64,000 bases of DNA from Thermodesulfobacteriota bacterium (GTDB taxonomy: Bacteria; Desulfobacterota; BSN033; UBA1163): contig JASEHH010000003.1 in the NCBI GenBank assembly GCA_030017685.1, positions 25,319-89,318 of the forward strand, given 5' to 3'. Below the pieces are notes generated by a model, which was not told the origin of the DNA, did no database searches, and saw only the letters and a program-made list of their open reading frames with translations. Below, in pieces: positions 45,693 to 55,490 of the stretch. Made by a program: the position numbers and the translations under genes. The stretch's first letter is position 1. Each line of letters starts with the position of its first letter.

Positions 45693-45700
45693 GAAATACC

Positions 45701-45883
45701 TTACCCCTCTTCCTCCTGGTAGGGCAGGGCCTCGTCAATCAGCATGACCGGGATATCGTCTTTGATCTGATAGAGCAATCGACACGATTTACAGATCAAC
45801 CCATCCCCTGCCTTGTTAAGGAAGATATCCCCCTTGCATTTCGGACAGGCTAAAATGTCGAGCAATTCCTTGCTGAGCGCCAT
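45701..45883 (-). CDS. Trm112 family protein (DUF343)
   Basis: 60 aa with DILACPKCKG...LICKSCRLLYQIKDDIPVML, the Trm112/YcaR zinc-ribbon pattern. Confidence 0.7.
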   Translation of the reverse strand: MALSKELLDILACPKCKGDIFLNKAGDGLICKSCRLLYQIKDDIPVMLIDEALPYQEEEG

Positions 45884-46155
45884 CGTTATCCTCCTTTTAA
45901 AAATTTCGTTTAACGTAACCCCTCAGTTAAAGAGAGAAAAAAGGGTCGGGAGGTTCTTCTGGAAAAACCTTGAAGCGAAACCTCTATCCGTTAAACTGCT
46001 TAGGTTCGTTTCCTAAAACCACCATGCAAAGGACAGGATGGCTGGTTCGCATAACCTCTATGATCGCTTTTCAAGGTTTTGGAAGGAGAACCTTCCGACC
46101 CTTTCTGGTCAAGTACCTCCCATAAGCGAGACATTACCGCCTGACCTACCACTTT

Positions 46156-46740
46156 CTACTTTCTACTTTCCCTGTTAAGAATCCACTGGACCGCCTCAAA
46201 AAGGTCCTGAGCTACATAATCCGGCTTTGACTTCCATTGTTCTCCGAAATATTCCCGCTCCCCTTTGCCATATCCTGTGAGGACCAGAATGGTCTTTGCC
46301 CCAATCCGATGGCCAAATTCGACATCCGCCCCCCGGTCCCCGATCATATAACTTTTAGAACAGTCGATCTCCAGATCCTTCACGGCTTCTTCGATCAGAC
46401 CCGTCTCAGGTTTTCGACACCGGCATTTCTGACGGTATGGAGGCTCTCCTGCATCGGGATGATGGGGGCAGTAATAGATTCCATCGAGATGTGCTCCTGC
46501 ATCCCTTAAATGGTCTTCCATCTTCCGGTGGACCAGGTGGATTAAGGACTCCGGGAAATATCCCCTTGCCACACCCGCCTGATTGGTGACAACAACGACC
46601 TTTATCCCATTCTGGTTCAATAACCGGATCGCCTCACCGACTCGGGGAAGTAGTCTAAACCGTTCGAGATGATTCACATACCCCATCTCTTCATTAATCG
46701 TTCCATCCCGGTCCAGAAAAACCGCCCTGTGCCTCCCCAT
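46156..46740 (-). CDS. gmhB: D-glycero-beta-D-manno-heptose 1,7-bisphosphate 7-phosphatase (HAD-IIIA)
   Basis: Translation shows AVFLDRDGTIN, VVVTNQAGVARGYF and the CRCRKPETG Zn-binding motif. Start taken at MGRHRAVFLDRDG. Confidence 0.75.
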   Translation of the reverse strand: MGRHRAVFLDRDGTINEEMGYVNHLERFRLLPRVGEAIRLLNQNGIKVVVVTNQAGVARGYFPESLIHLVHRKMEDHLRDAGAHLDGIYYCPHHPDAGEPPYRQKCRCRKPETGLIEEAVKDLEIDCSKSYMIGDRGADVEFGHRIGAKTILVLTGYGKGEREYFGEQWKSKPDYVAQDLFEAVQWILNRESRK

Positions 46741-46841
46741 CCCCCTATCTCCCTCTGACCGTGTCCCATAAGTCATCTGCTGGACACAGGGAGACGGGGT
46801 ATAATTGGTTCAATTGAGGCTCCAACATAACATATTTGTGT

Positions 46842-46915
46842 GTCATTCCCGTGAAAACGGGAATCCAGGACCAACAGGAAATACCTGGATTCCTGCTTCC
46901 GCAGGAATGACAAAC
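46842..46915. repeat. REP/MITE-like nested palindromic element (about 74 bp)
   Basis: gtcattcccgtgaaaacgggaatccaggaccaacaggaaatacctggattcctgcttccgcaggaatgacaaac. Three internal hairpins (attcccg/cgggaat, ccagg/cctgg, ttcctgc/gcaggaa) sit inside the outer gtcattcc/ggaatgac arms. Confidence 0.55.
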
Positions 46916-46997
46916 TTAAAGAATAATAATGATTTCGACTTGTTAACAACATAGAACTTAGCCCCTTGTGTCCAGCCCCCCCATTTATGGGTAAGGA

Positions 46998-47828
46998 TCA
47001 GTATCTCCCTATCTCCCCATCACCCCATCTCCCTAACTCAAACCGATCCGGAGGCGTGAACCTCAGGAAGGACCGGTGGACCATCCAGTCTCCCACATTG
47101 AAATAGAGACATCTCTTTCCGTCTATCCGCTCCTCCATCTCCTCCGGAAAGTGGGAGTGGCCAAGAATCACCCTATCAAAACCCTCTAAAAATTTTTGAT
47201 GGGCAAAGCTTTTGAATTCCGGAGGCGGGCCGGAGGAAAGGACGGCATGATTTTTATGATAACTCCTTTGACTGAGCCACTTCGCAACATGACGGGAGAA
47301 TCTGGGACCAACTCTCTCGATAAGACCGTAGGTCCACCGGTTCTTGATCATTCTCCGGAAGGTCCGGTATCTCCATAGTTTCGGATTGGATAAGTCTCCA
47401 TGAGAGATAAAAACCCTTCTTCCTCCCAGCCGCTCCTCATTCCCTTCAGGATAAACCTCCACCTCCATCCCGAATCTTTCTGAGAAGAAGGAGTGGAGGA
47501 AGAAATCGTGATTTCCCTCAAAATATTTGATTCGAATCCCCCGGCGAAATAAGTTTTGAAGACCTTCCAAAATGGGAAGGTAATCTGCAAAAGGAAAGGG
47601 CTTCCCGCGGGCAGGATTATCTTTAAAACCGAAGAGAAATTCGAACAGGTCACCCAGGATCACCAGATGGTCCATCCGCTCCTTCTCCGAATTTAAGAAT
47701 CTGAGAAAGACCTCCATCGCCTCGGGTTCTCTTCCACTAAAATGGGCATCGGAGACGAAGATCCAGTCCTTTTCAGTTTGAGTCAATATAAATCCTTCCC
47801 GTAATTCTTCAGTCTCAACTAAAACCAA
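46998..47828 (-). CDS. metallophosphoesterase, UDP-2,3-diacylglucosamine hydrolase (LpxH)-like
   Basis: Translation shows calcineurin-like motifs (DAHF, GDLFEF, GNHD, GHSH). Lies in a lipid A/LPS-core neighbourhood. Start uncertain. Confidence 0.55.
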   Translation of the reverse strand: MVLVETEELREGFILTQTEKDWIFVSDAHFSGREPEAMEVFLRFLNSEKERMDHLVILGDLFEFLFGFKDNPARGKPFPFADYLPILEGLQNLFRRGIRIKYFEGNHDFFLHSFFSERFGMEVEVYPEGNEERLGGRRVFISHGDLSNPKLWRYRTFRRMIKNRWTYGLIERVGPRFSRHVAKWLSQRSYHKNHAVLSSGPPPEFKSFAHQKFLEGFDRVILGHSHFPEEMEERIDGKRCLYFNVGDWMVHRSFLRFTPPDRFELGRWGDGEIGRY

Positions 47829-47830
47829 TG

Positions 47831-47926
47831 CTGTTCACATAAGCCGTTCGTGCTGAGCTTGTCGAAGCATGAACGGCTTCAATTACCCACCCTTCGACAG
47901 GCTCAGGGTGAACGGTTTTTCCTTAA
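47831..47926. repeat. structured palindromic element with two related hairpins
   Basis: gccgttcgtgc-tgagcttgtcgaa-gcatgaacggc followed by cttcgacaggctcag (the reverse complement of the first loop) and ggtgaacgg. Confidence 0.4.
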
Positions 47927-47980
47927 CTGAACCGTATTGCAACTAAAACCCATTAACAAAGATGGCTGACTGAGGGCTTA

Positions 47981-49285
47981 CTACCTTCCTACGCCGCAGT
48001 AACGAAAGCCCAGCCGCTTCATATGGGCGGGATCGTAAACATTTCTCAGGTCGATGAAGATAGGCTCCTTCAATAACGCTTTAATGCGAAGGAGGTCGAG
48101 TCGCCGGAATTGATTCCACTCAGTTGCCAGAACAAGGGCATCGGCTCCACTGGCCACATCGTAAGCATCCTTCCCGTACTCCACCTCAGGAAGGACCGTC
48201 TTTGCTTCCTCCATGGCTGCCGGGTCGAAGGTCTTCACCTTTGCTTCCATTTCGAGAAGCCCTTGGATGATGGCAATCGAGGAGGACTCCCGGATATCAT
48301 TCGTATTCGGTTTAAAGGAAAGTCCAAGGATGCCGATCCTTTTCCCCCTGAGATCCCCGACCATCTCCTTAATCTTATCCACCATCCTCCTCTTCTGATC
48401 CTCATTCGCCTGAATGACGGAATCGAGGACTCTAAAGGTGTATCCTTTTTCACGGGCTATTTTCGAAAGGGCACGGGTATCCTTCGGAAAGCACGAGCCT
48501 CCATAACCCGGACCCGGATGAAGAAATTTTTTACCAATCCTTCCGTCCAATCCCATGGCCTTTGCCACATGGTGAACATCCGCTCCCACCTTCTCGCAGA
48601 GATTGGCAATCTCATTGATGAAGGTCACCTTCGTGGCTAAAAAACCGTTCGTCGCATATTTGATCATCTCCGCAGATTCGAGGGAGGTAAGGATAAACGG
48701 AGTCTCGATCAGATATAAGGCGCTGTAAATATCCTTCATGATGGCCACCGCCTGCTCGCTCTCCGCGCCGATGACGACCCGATCCGGCCGCATGAAGTCC
48801 TCTATGGCAGAGCCTTCCCTCAGAAATTCCGGATTGGAAACGATGTCGAAGGGAGCAGGCTGCGGTTGATGTTTCTGAATCAATTCCTTCAGCCAGCGGG
48901 CCGTACCTACCGGGACGGTCGATTTCATCACCGCCACTTTGTAACCATCCATCCAGGGGGCAATCTCCTTGCCCACTTCTTCAACGAACCGGAGATCGGC
49001 CGAACCGTCCTCATTGGGAGGCGTTCCTACAGCGATGAAGATCACCAGGCTTGATTTTACTCCCTCTTCGATGCTTGAAGAAAAACGGAGTCTGCCTTCC
49101 CTTGTACCCTTCGCCACCAGGTTATCCAGCCCCGGTTCATAGACCGTGATTTTCCCCTGCCTGAGGAGATCGATCTTCTGGATATCGTTATCCACACAGA
49201 TCAGATTCATTCCGAACTCTGCCAGACAGGCTCCTGTCACCAGTCCCACATAACCTGTTCCGATCACGCAGATATTCATGGTCAA
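47981..49285 (-). CDS. ugd: UDP-glucose 6-dehydrogenase (nucleotide-sugar dehydrogenase family)
   Basis: NICVIGTGYVGLVTGACLAEFG is the N-terminal NAD motif. The catalytic Cys lies in GGSCFPKD. Confidence 0.8.
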   Translation of the reverse strand: MTMNICVIGTGYVGLVTGACLAEFGMNLICVDNDIQKIDLLRQGKITVYEPGLDNLVAKGTREGRLRFSSSIEEGVKSSLVIFIAVGTPPNEDGSADLRFVEEVGKEIAPWMDGYKVAVMKSTVPVGTARWLKELIQKHQPQPAPFDIVSNPEFLREGSAIEDFMRPDRVVIGAESEQAVAIMKDIYSALYLIETPFILTSLESAEMIKYATNGFLATKVTFINEIANLCEKVGADVHHVAKAMGLDGRIGKKFLHPGPGYGGSCFPKDTRALSKIAREKGYTFRVLDSVIQANEDQKRRMVDKIKEMVGDLRGKRIGILGLSFKPNTNDIRESSSIAIIQGLLEMEAKVKTFDPAAMEEAKTVLPEVEYGKDAYDVASGADALVLATEWNQFRRLDLLRIKALLKEPIFIDLRNVYDPAHMKRLGFRYCGVGR

Positions 49286-49294
49286 CTCCTTTAC

Positions 49295-50167
49295 TTAAAC
49301 GGACGCCATCTCCTTTTGAGGGATGGATAAAAAGTCCTTCAGGGCTTCAGACCAGGGCCGGAGTTTGATTCCGATCTCCTGTTTAAATTTCTCTGTGCTG
49401 AGGACCGAATAGGATGGCCGGGCCGCTTTCCGGTTCAGCTCTCCGGAGGAGATGGGAAGGACTTTCACTTCCTCCATTCCCGAAAGTCTTAGAATGGCCT
49501 GGCCAAAGTCATACCAGGAACAGATATCACTGTTGGTCACATGAAAGATTCCGCTTGCTTTTTTCCGGATCAACAGGGCGATAGCCCTGGAAAGATCAAC
49601 CGTGTAAGTGGGAGAGCCGATCTGGTCGTTCACAATCGAGAGGACTTTCTTCTCTTTTGCCTGGCGGAGAATGGTCGTGACGAAATTCCTTCCATGTCCA
49701 CCATAGAGCCACTGGGTTCGGATGATCAATCCATCTCCGGCTAATTTCAAGACAGACTGCTCCCCTTTCCATTTTGAACGGCCGTAGATGCTGAGGGGAT
49801 TGGGAGGATCGTCTTCGAGATAAGGCTTGTCCTTCTCTCCGTCGAAGACATAGTCGGTGCTCAGATAAATCACTTTTGCCCCGCATCGCCTGACACCCAT
49901 GGCGACATGCCTCATCCCATCCGCATTGACGGCAAAAGCTTCCTGCTCATTCGACTCACAACCATCCACATCGGTGTAGCCAGCCAAATTAATTACGATC
50001 GCAGGTCGAAACCCCTCGATCTTGGTGACGGTCTCCTGCTCCTTTCGGATATCGATCTCATCGATGTCCCATCCCAGGACTTCGTCGTCGGAAAAAGAGA
50101 GCTGGAGCTCCTTCATCAGATCTCTTCCCAGCATTCCTTTAGCTCCGATCACCAATATCCGGTTCAT
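49295..50167 (-). CDS. rfbD: dTDP-4-dehydrorhamnose reductase
   Basis: 290 aa with MNRILVIGAKGMLG and the RmlD-like YGRSK catalytic region. Confidence 0.85.
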   Translation of the reverse strand: MNRILVIGAKGMLGRDLMKELQLSFSDDEVLGWDIDEIDIRKEQETVTKIEGFRPAIVINLAGYTDVDGCESNEQEAFAVNADGMRHVAMGVRRCGAKVIYLSTDYVFDGEKDKPYLEDDPPNPLSIYGRSKWKGEQSVLKLAGDGLIIRTQWLYGGHGRNFVTTILRQAKEKKVLSIVNDQIGSPTYTVDLSRAIALLIRKKASGIFHVTNSDICSWYDFGQAILRLSGMEEVKVLPISSGELNRKAARPSYSVLSTEKFKQEIGIKLRPWSEALKDFLSIPQKEMASV

Positions 50168-50229
50168 CTCTTAAATGAATCTCCAACACTCTCCTGTTGA
50201 TTTCCGAATCAACCGCTATCCTAAAAGGT

Positions 50230-50767
50230 TTAAATCCGAAGCACGAAATCCGAAACCGCTTAAACTCTAAACACTAAACTCTAAACCCTAAATAAATCCA
50301 AAAGCTAAAACTCAAAAAGTTATTTCGACTTCTCAACAATTGAACCGAATATCTTCGTAAGCTCTGTTGCTTCCTTGATCAAACTCTGTTTTTCCATCAT
50401 TTGCTCTTCTTTTGGTTCGGTTAATTCAAGCCAGTACCCACTCTCTTTTGCCTCTTTTCTTGATATCTTTATTCTCATTACAAAATCCTTTCTACTTAAT
50501 GCTTCTTCGCCCTCAATATAGTTGGCCCCCACTGAGCCAGAAGCCTTGATAAGCTGTCTTGCGTCTTCTATATTGCTTAAAGTCTTTGGTAAATTCTTCA
50601 CGTAGTTTCTTACCATTTTGGCAAATCTAAGCGTCCTGTCCCTTAAATCATACGGTTTTGAGTTTTGTGTTTTGGATATTTGAGCTTGTTTAGAGTTTAG
50701 GATTTCGAGTTTAGGGTTTAACATCTTCGTTTCATCCCGTCCTGGCGTGATTTCAATATTCGGATTT
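50230..50767. repeat. approximately 540-bp repeat unit, copy 2 (near-identical to 11411..11951), inserted between rfbB and rfbD
   Basis: Nucleotide-level near identity with copy 1 across the ORF and both flanks. Confidence 0.8.
50320..50724 (-). CDS. four-helix-bundle protein (TIGR02436-like), second copy
   Basis: 134 aa. Identical to the 11503..11907 product except for one residue (N/S). Confidence 0.75.
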   Translation of the reverse strand: MLNPKLEILNSKQAQISKTQNSKPYDLRDRTLRFAKMVRNYVKNLPKTLSNIEDARQLIKASGSVGANYIEGEEALSRKDFVMRIKISRKEAKESGYWLELTEPKEEQMMEKQSLIKEATELTKIFGSIVEKSK

Positions 50768-50787
50768 CGTATTGTTGAATCTTCTCG

Positions 50788-51804
50788 TTATCGGTCCTGA
50801 TACATCCGTTTGTAATAGTCGAGATACTCCCCTGTCTTGATCTTCTTCCACCATTCCCGGTGGGTTTGATACCATTCAATCGTCTGGTTGATCCCTTGTT
50901 CAAAAGAGACCGTGGGCGTCCACCCCAGTTCCCTTTTTATCTTGGAAAAATCAATGGCATAACGCCGATCGTGACCGGGACGGTCCGCAACGAATCGGAT
51001 CAGGGAATGGGGTTTTCCCAGTCGATCCAGGATGCTCTTCGCCACATAGAGATTGGTCCTCTCACTTCCGCCCCCTATGTTGTAAACCTCCCCTTCCCTC
51101 CCCTGTCGCAGGACTTGATCCAGAGCCCGACAGTGGTCCTCCACATAGATCCAGTCCCGGATATACATCCCATCGCCGTACATGGGAAGCTCCTTATCTT
51201 CCATGGCATTGGAAACCATCAGCGGGATCAGTTTTTCGGGAAATTGGTGGGGGCCATAATTATTGGAACATCGCGTGATGACGGTGGGAAGGCCATAAGT
51301 ATGGTAATAGGCTCGGACCATCATATCCGCCGCTGTCTTGCTCGCCGAATAGGGGCTGTTGGGAGCCAGCGAAGTCTCCTCGGTAAAAGCTCCTGTCTCT
51401 CCCAGGGAGCCATAGACCTCATCGGTTGAGATATGAAGAAAACGGATCTTCTGCCCCGGGAAAACCTTTCTCACCGCCTCCAGCAGGGCAAACGTCCCGA
51501 AGATGTTCGTTCTCATAAAGGCGCCCGGATCTTCGATGGAGCGGTCCACATGCGATTCAGCCGCAAAGTTGACGATGGCATCCACCCCTTTCCGGATCAA
51601 TTCCTCCATGCGGGCCGCCTCGGCAATGTCCCCCCGGATGAAATGGTAACGGGGAGAATGGGAAAGGTCGGAAAGGTTTTCCAGATTTCCGGCATAGGTC
51701 AGTTTATCGACATTGATGATCGAGACCTTCGGATAGTTCTTCAAATAATATCGAATGAAATTGCTTCCAATAAATCCACAGCCGCCTGTCACGAGTAGTC
51801 TCAT
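50788..51804 (-). CDS. rfbB: dTDP-glucose 4,6-dehydratase
   Basis: Translation shows MRLLVTGGCGFIGSNF, the catalytic YSASK, and RmlB length. Confidence 0.9.
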   Translation of the reverse strand: MRLLVTGGCGFIGSNFIRYYLKNYPKVSIINVDKLTYAGNLENLSDLSHSPRYHFIRGDIAEAARMEELIRKGVDAIVNFAAESHVDRSIEDPGAFMRTNIFGTFALLEAVRKVFPGQKIRFLHISTDEVYGSLGETGAFTEETSLAPNSPYSASKTAADMMVRAYYHTYGLPTVITRCSNNYGPHQFPEKLIPLMVSNAMEDKELPMYGDGMYIRDWIYVEDHCRALDQVLRQGREGEVYNIGGGSERTNLYVAKSILDRLGKPHSLIRFVADRPGHDRRYAIDFSKIKRELGWTPTVSFEQGINQTIEWYQTHREWWKKIKTGEYLDYYKRMYQDR

Positions 51805-51845
51805 TATTCTCTGACCTCTTGTAATTCTCGAACGAGTTGCACCCC

Positions 51846-51992
51846 TTAAATCCGAAATCCGAATATCGGGCGAAGCTTCCCGAAGGGATCAATCCGAAAC
51901 AAATCCAAAATCCAAATGACTCAATTTTCAAAACGTTACATTAATTTCTGTTTTATGTGTGATTGGAATCTTTTTCGGATTTCGGATTTCGT
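51846..51992. repeat. long-range inverted repeat in the rfbC-rfbB spacer
   Basis: ttaaatccgaaatccgaa (51846-51863) and ttcggatttcggatttcg (51975-51992) are reverse complements. An internal hairpin cgggcgaagcttcccg is also present. Confidence 0.45.
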
Positions 51993-52012
51993 GCTTCGAA
52001 TTTCCGATTTTG

Positions 52013-52471
52013 TTAGCCATCCTTCCTCGCCCAATCGTAAGGGATATCCTTCCCGTGAGGAGGGAGACGGTATTCATCGGGTGCGTTGTAAGCATAAACG
52101 GCTGTCGGGATATTGATGATAATCGCCTCCTCCTCGCTGACGCACTTCCACCCATGATAGATCATATTGGGCACCTGGACTAACATCGGGTGATGGACAC
52201 CAATGAAAAATTGATTGATCTCCCCCCGGGTAGGAGATTTTTCCCTTGGATCGTAGAGGACGAGTTTGATCATTCCCTGGACGGCCGCTATATGATCGGT
52301 CTGGATCTTGTGGTAGTGCCAGGCCTTCACCACCTGCGGATAGGTCGTGGTGATATAGACCTGACCGAATTTTAAGAAGAAATCATCATCTGCCCGGAGG
52401 ATCTCCATCACCCTCCCCCGCTCATCCGGAATCACCTTTAAGGGTTTCGTCCTCACGCCGTGTATCATCAC
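52013..52471 (-). CDS. rfbC: dTDP-4-dehydrorhamnose 3,5-epimerase
   Basis: Translation shows RmlC cupin motifs (VIPDERG...AWHYH...AAVQG). Confidence 0.85.
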   Translation of the reverse strand: MMIHGVRTKPLKVIPDERGRVMEILRADDDFFLKFGQVYITTTYPQVVKAWHYHKIQTDHIAAVQGMIKLVLYDPREKSPTRGEINQFFIGVHHPMLVQVPNMIYHGWKCVSEEEAIIINIPTAVYAYNAPDEYRLPPHGKDIPYDWARKDG

Positions 52472-52580
52472 ATCCTCCTATTCAAATCATGTTTAAGGTT
52501 AGAGGTGAAAGGTTTTAGGCAAATGATTCTCCCTCTAACCTTTAGACTCAAACCTAACGCTAAGGTTTGGCATTCACTTG

Positions 52581-53309
52581 TCAAACCTTATTGGCTCCGG
52601 TTTGTGACACCAGCTCATTGGCCCGAAGCAGGGACTCGAAGGTTCCCGCATCGGTCCACCAGCCTTTCAGAATATCATAGGTCATCGATCCTTTTCCAAT
52701 ATATCGATTGTTCACATCGGTGATCTCCAGCTCTCCCCGATCAGAAGGCTTCAGAGTCTTAATAAAATCAAAGACGGTGGAATCATAGAAATAGATTCCG
52801 ATCACCGCATATTTTGATTTTGGCTGTTTGGGTTTCTCTTCAATCTGGGCAATTCGGTCCCCTTTCAATTCAGCAACGCCGAATCGATGCGGGTCAGGGA
52901 CCTCTTTGAGGAGGATCTTCGCCCCTTGCTTCTGCTTTCGGAAAGCCTCCGCCGCCCTTCGAATATTCTTCTCAATGATGTTATCGCCCAATACCACGCA
53001 GATTCCCTCACCGGCAGCAAAAAATTCCGCAAGACCGAGAGCCTCGGCAATCCCTCCCTCTCCCTGCTGGTAGGTATAGTTAATATGCTTAAGCCCGAAC
53101 TCTTTTCCGTTTCCAAGCAGTCTCAGAAAATCACCGGCATTATTTCCACCGGTGACGATCAGGATATCATCGATGCCCGCATTAATCAGGATCTGGATCG
53201 GGTAATAGATCATCGGTTTATCATAGACCGGAAGCAGATGTTTGTTGGTCACTTTCGTCAATGGATAGAGCCGTGTTCCCAATCCCCCCGCCAAAATCAC
53301 TCCCTTCAT
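52581..53309 (-). CDS. glucose-1-phosphate thymidylyltransferase-like sugar nucleotidyltransferase (short-form RmlA)
   Basis: Translation shows MKGVILAGGLGTRLYPLT, the nucleotidyltransferase signature. At 242 aa it is shorter than canonical RmlA. It is first in the rfb gene string. Confidence 0.7.
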   Translation of the reverse strand: MKGVILAGGLGTRLYPLTKVTNKHLLPVYDKPMIYYPIQILINAGIDDILIVTGGNNAGDFLRLLGNGKEFGLKHINYTYQQGEGGIAEALGLAEFFAAGEGICVVLGDNIIEKNIRRAAEAFRKQKQGAKILLKEVPDPHRFGVAELKGDRIAQIEEKPKQPKSKYAVIGIYFYDSTVFDFIKTLKPSDRGELEITDVNNRYIGKGSMTYDILKGWWTDAGTFESLLRANELVSQTGANKV

Positions 53310-53336
53310 CCTTTCCTCCCTTCTGTTGCCCGTTCT

Positions 53337-55490
53337 TTACAAACTCATATAAAAAGGTTTCTTCCCAAACGAACCCAGACCCAGCAGATTGAGATAGACC
53401 TGAAACTTTAATTCCTTCTTCTGGACCCCATCAGGAGATCGCCCCTTATCCTCCACCGTCAGTCCCAATGTCCAGCACTGCGCCTGGTATTCTGCCCCAT
53501 AGATATTCTCCACCTTCCAGTGATCTTTTAAATTATAGCGCATCGAGCCATAGAGATAGAGAGGAGGGATCGTCTTGATCCGGGTGCCCGCATTGACCTC
53601 TTTAATGTTGCGCTGGGCATATCGGTATTGAACCTGAAGCGCATCATTCCGGTTATCCTTGATGTTGATGGAGGCATTCCCAACTTCCAGATTTCCATGA
53701 TAGGGGCTGAACTCTCCATCTAATTTCGCAGAAAGGTGAGGGCTGAAATTCCACCAGAGTTCTCCCTGGATATTGGAAAAAAACCTCCCATTGCCCTTTG
53801 AATCCCGCGTGAAGGGGTCTCCAAGACTATAGGACTGGAAGATTTTCAGCTTTGCGTATTCCGAGGGTCCGGAACTCATCCCTTCTTTCTCGGGTTTTCC
53901 TATAAGGCGTTGTGTGAAGCCATAGGTGATCTGATTCGAATACGGGATTCGATCCAAATCGTCGAAGGTGGGAAGCTCTTTCTGGTTGACCGGGGGACTG
54001 TAATGGTAGCCGATCATGGGCTCGATGGTATGCATCCATTTCGCCACCTTATAAAGTCTGGAAATTCCCGGAACCGCTCCCGCCTCGTAGACCCGGTAAA
54101 ATTCTGTGGAGACCTCCGTGTTTGCCACAACGGTCTCACGCGACTCCCATCCTTTATATTGCCGGGCCGGATCATCAAAAGACTTATACAGGGTCTCTCT
54201 TGGCCCCACACTCGATTCCACCTTCAAGACATTGAAGAGCCTCATCGGATAGGAGAGTCTTGGAAAGAGGTCTCCCCGGTGCGCCTCCACGCCTTTCTCC
54301 CGCCAGAAATTAGTGTAAGAGGCGCTTGCATCGAAGAAGAGCGGCGTATTGAAAAGGGATTGGGGGTGGGCAGAAAAACTTATTTGCGGTAGCCTCTGAA
54401 CCGTCCCGTCATTACTCTCTCTGGTCAGATCCTGAAAAACGGATGCCTCTGCCAGGAAACTGAATTGGTCCCAGTTTTTGCCTCCGAAGAGGGTGGACCT
54501 TAACTGTCCCCTGCTTCTTGAGTCGATCTTCGCCTCTCCCGGAAGGTCTTCATCAAAATCGCTGTGGTAGCGGATGTCGCTCACGCGATTGATATTGCCC
54601 TTTAAATAGAAGTCGTATGGAAATTTCTGTTGATGCTGGCCGAAGAAGGCATAGCGATTCTTATTAAAAACTTGATCATCGATGAAATGGAAGCTGACCT
54701 GTCCCCTGGTCTCCGGAGTGAAGGCGTAGCGGTATTCCAAACCTTCTTTAAAACCCCTCTTCCCCAAATAATCCAGATAAAGAGTGGCATCCATGTCTTT
54801 GGTAATGGCCCAGAAGAAAGCGTTCTTCACCTCGGGACCGTACTTTTTCGAATACCCCACACGGGGAAGGAGAAAGCCCGTCTGTCTCTCCCTTCTCACG
54901 GGAAAGAGTCCCCAGGGAAGATAGAGAGATGGAATGCCTTCGAGATAAAAGGTTGGACCCTTGGCAATCCCATATCCTTCGACCGTGACCTCCAATTCTT
55001 TGACCGTAAATTTCCACGGAGGCCGCGCCGCATCGCAGGTGGTGAAAGAACCTTCTCGAATTCGATACCGGTTCTCTCCTAATTTCTCCCCCTCCTTGCT
55101 CGTGATATGAAAATTCTGATCCTTGAGAAAGAGTCTGGCCTGATAGATCTTACCCAGCCGGGTATCGAGGTTGATCTCCAACCGCTCGCACTCGAGAACA
55201 TCTTCTCCTTCCCTTAATACAACATTTCCCCAGGCCACCAGATCTTTCGTCGTCATATTCAGTTGAGCGTGATCTCCTTTGAGAAAGAGATCCCCTCTTT
55301 TCACTTCCACCCTTCCATGGGCCTCATAGACCTGCCTGTCCCGTTCATAAGAAAGCTCATCCGCCTCAATCTCCACGGGCCCTTCCCCCTTCTCCACCTT
55401 CACATCGGCGATCTTTCCATCGGAGACAGGGGGATGAAAGAGGGTGAGGAGGATGGATAAGGAGCTCAAAACGAACCAGCGATATCTCAT
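53337..55490 (-). CDS. lptD: LPS-assembly protein LptD (OstA family)
   Basis: 717 aa with a signal peptide, an N-terminal OstA-like region and a large C-terminal beta-barrel. Confidence 0.8.
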   Translation of the reverse strand: MRYRWFVLSSLSILLTLFHPPVSDGKIADVKVEKGEGPVEIEADELSYERDRQVYEAHGRVEVKRGDLFLKGDHAQLNMTTKDLVAWGNVVLREGEDVLECERLEINLDTRLGKIYQARLFLKDQNFHITSKEGEKLGENRYRIREGSFTTCDAARPPWKFTVKELEVTVEGYGIAKGPTFYLEGIPSLYLPWGLFPVRRERQTGFLLPRVGYSKKYGPEVKNAFFWAITKDMDATLYLDYLGKRGFKEGLEYRYAFTPETRGQVSFHFIDDQVFNKNRYAFFGQHQQKFPYDFYLKGNINRVSDIRYHSDFDEDLPGEAKIDSRSRGQLRSTLFGGKNWDQFSFLAEASVFQDLTRESNDGTVQRLPQISFSAHPQSLFNTPLFFDASASYTNFWREKGVEAHRGDLFPRLSYPMRLFNVLKVESSVGPRETLYKSFDDPARQYKGWESRETVVANTEVSTEFYRVYEAGAVPGISRLYKVAKWMHTIEPMIGYHYSPPVNQKELPTFDDLDRIPYSNQITYGFTQRLIGKPEKEGMSSGPSEYAKLKIFQSYSLGDPFTRDSKGNGRFFSNIQGELWWNFSPHLSAKLDGEFSPYHGNLEVGNASINIKDNRNDALQVQYRYAQRNIKEVNAGTRIKTIPPLYLYGSMRYNLKDHWKVENIYGAEYQAQCWTLGLTVEDKGRSPDGVQKKELKFQVYLNLLGLGSFGKKPFYMSL

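Noticed and set aside
45813-46016. 67-aa plus-strand ORF
   Set aside because: It is antisense to the Trm112 gene and has a hydrophobic nonsense translation.
11951-50230. 38-kb segment bounded by the two near-identical direct repeats, considered as a genomic island or composite transposon
   Set aside because: Its content is mostly housekeeping (peptide transport, stress, lipid A, his and rfb neighbours) on both strands, and there is no integrase, transposase or tRNA at the borders. The repeats are better explained as copies of a small multi-copy unit. Recombination between them remains possible.
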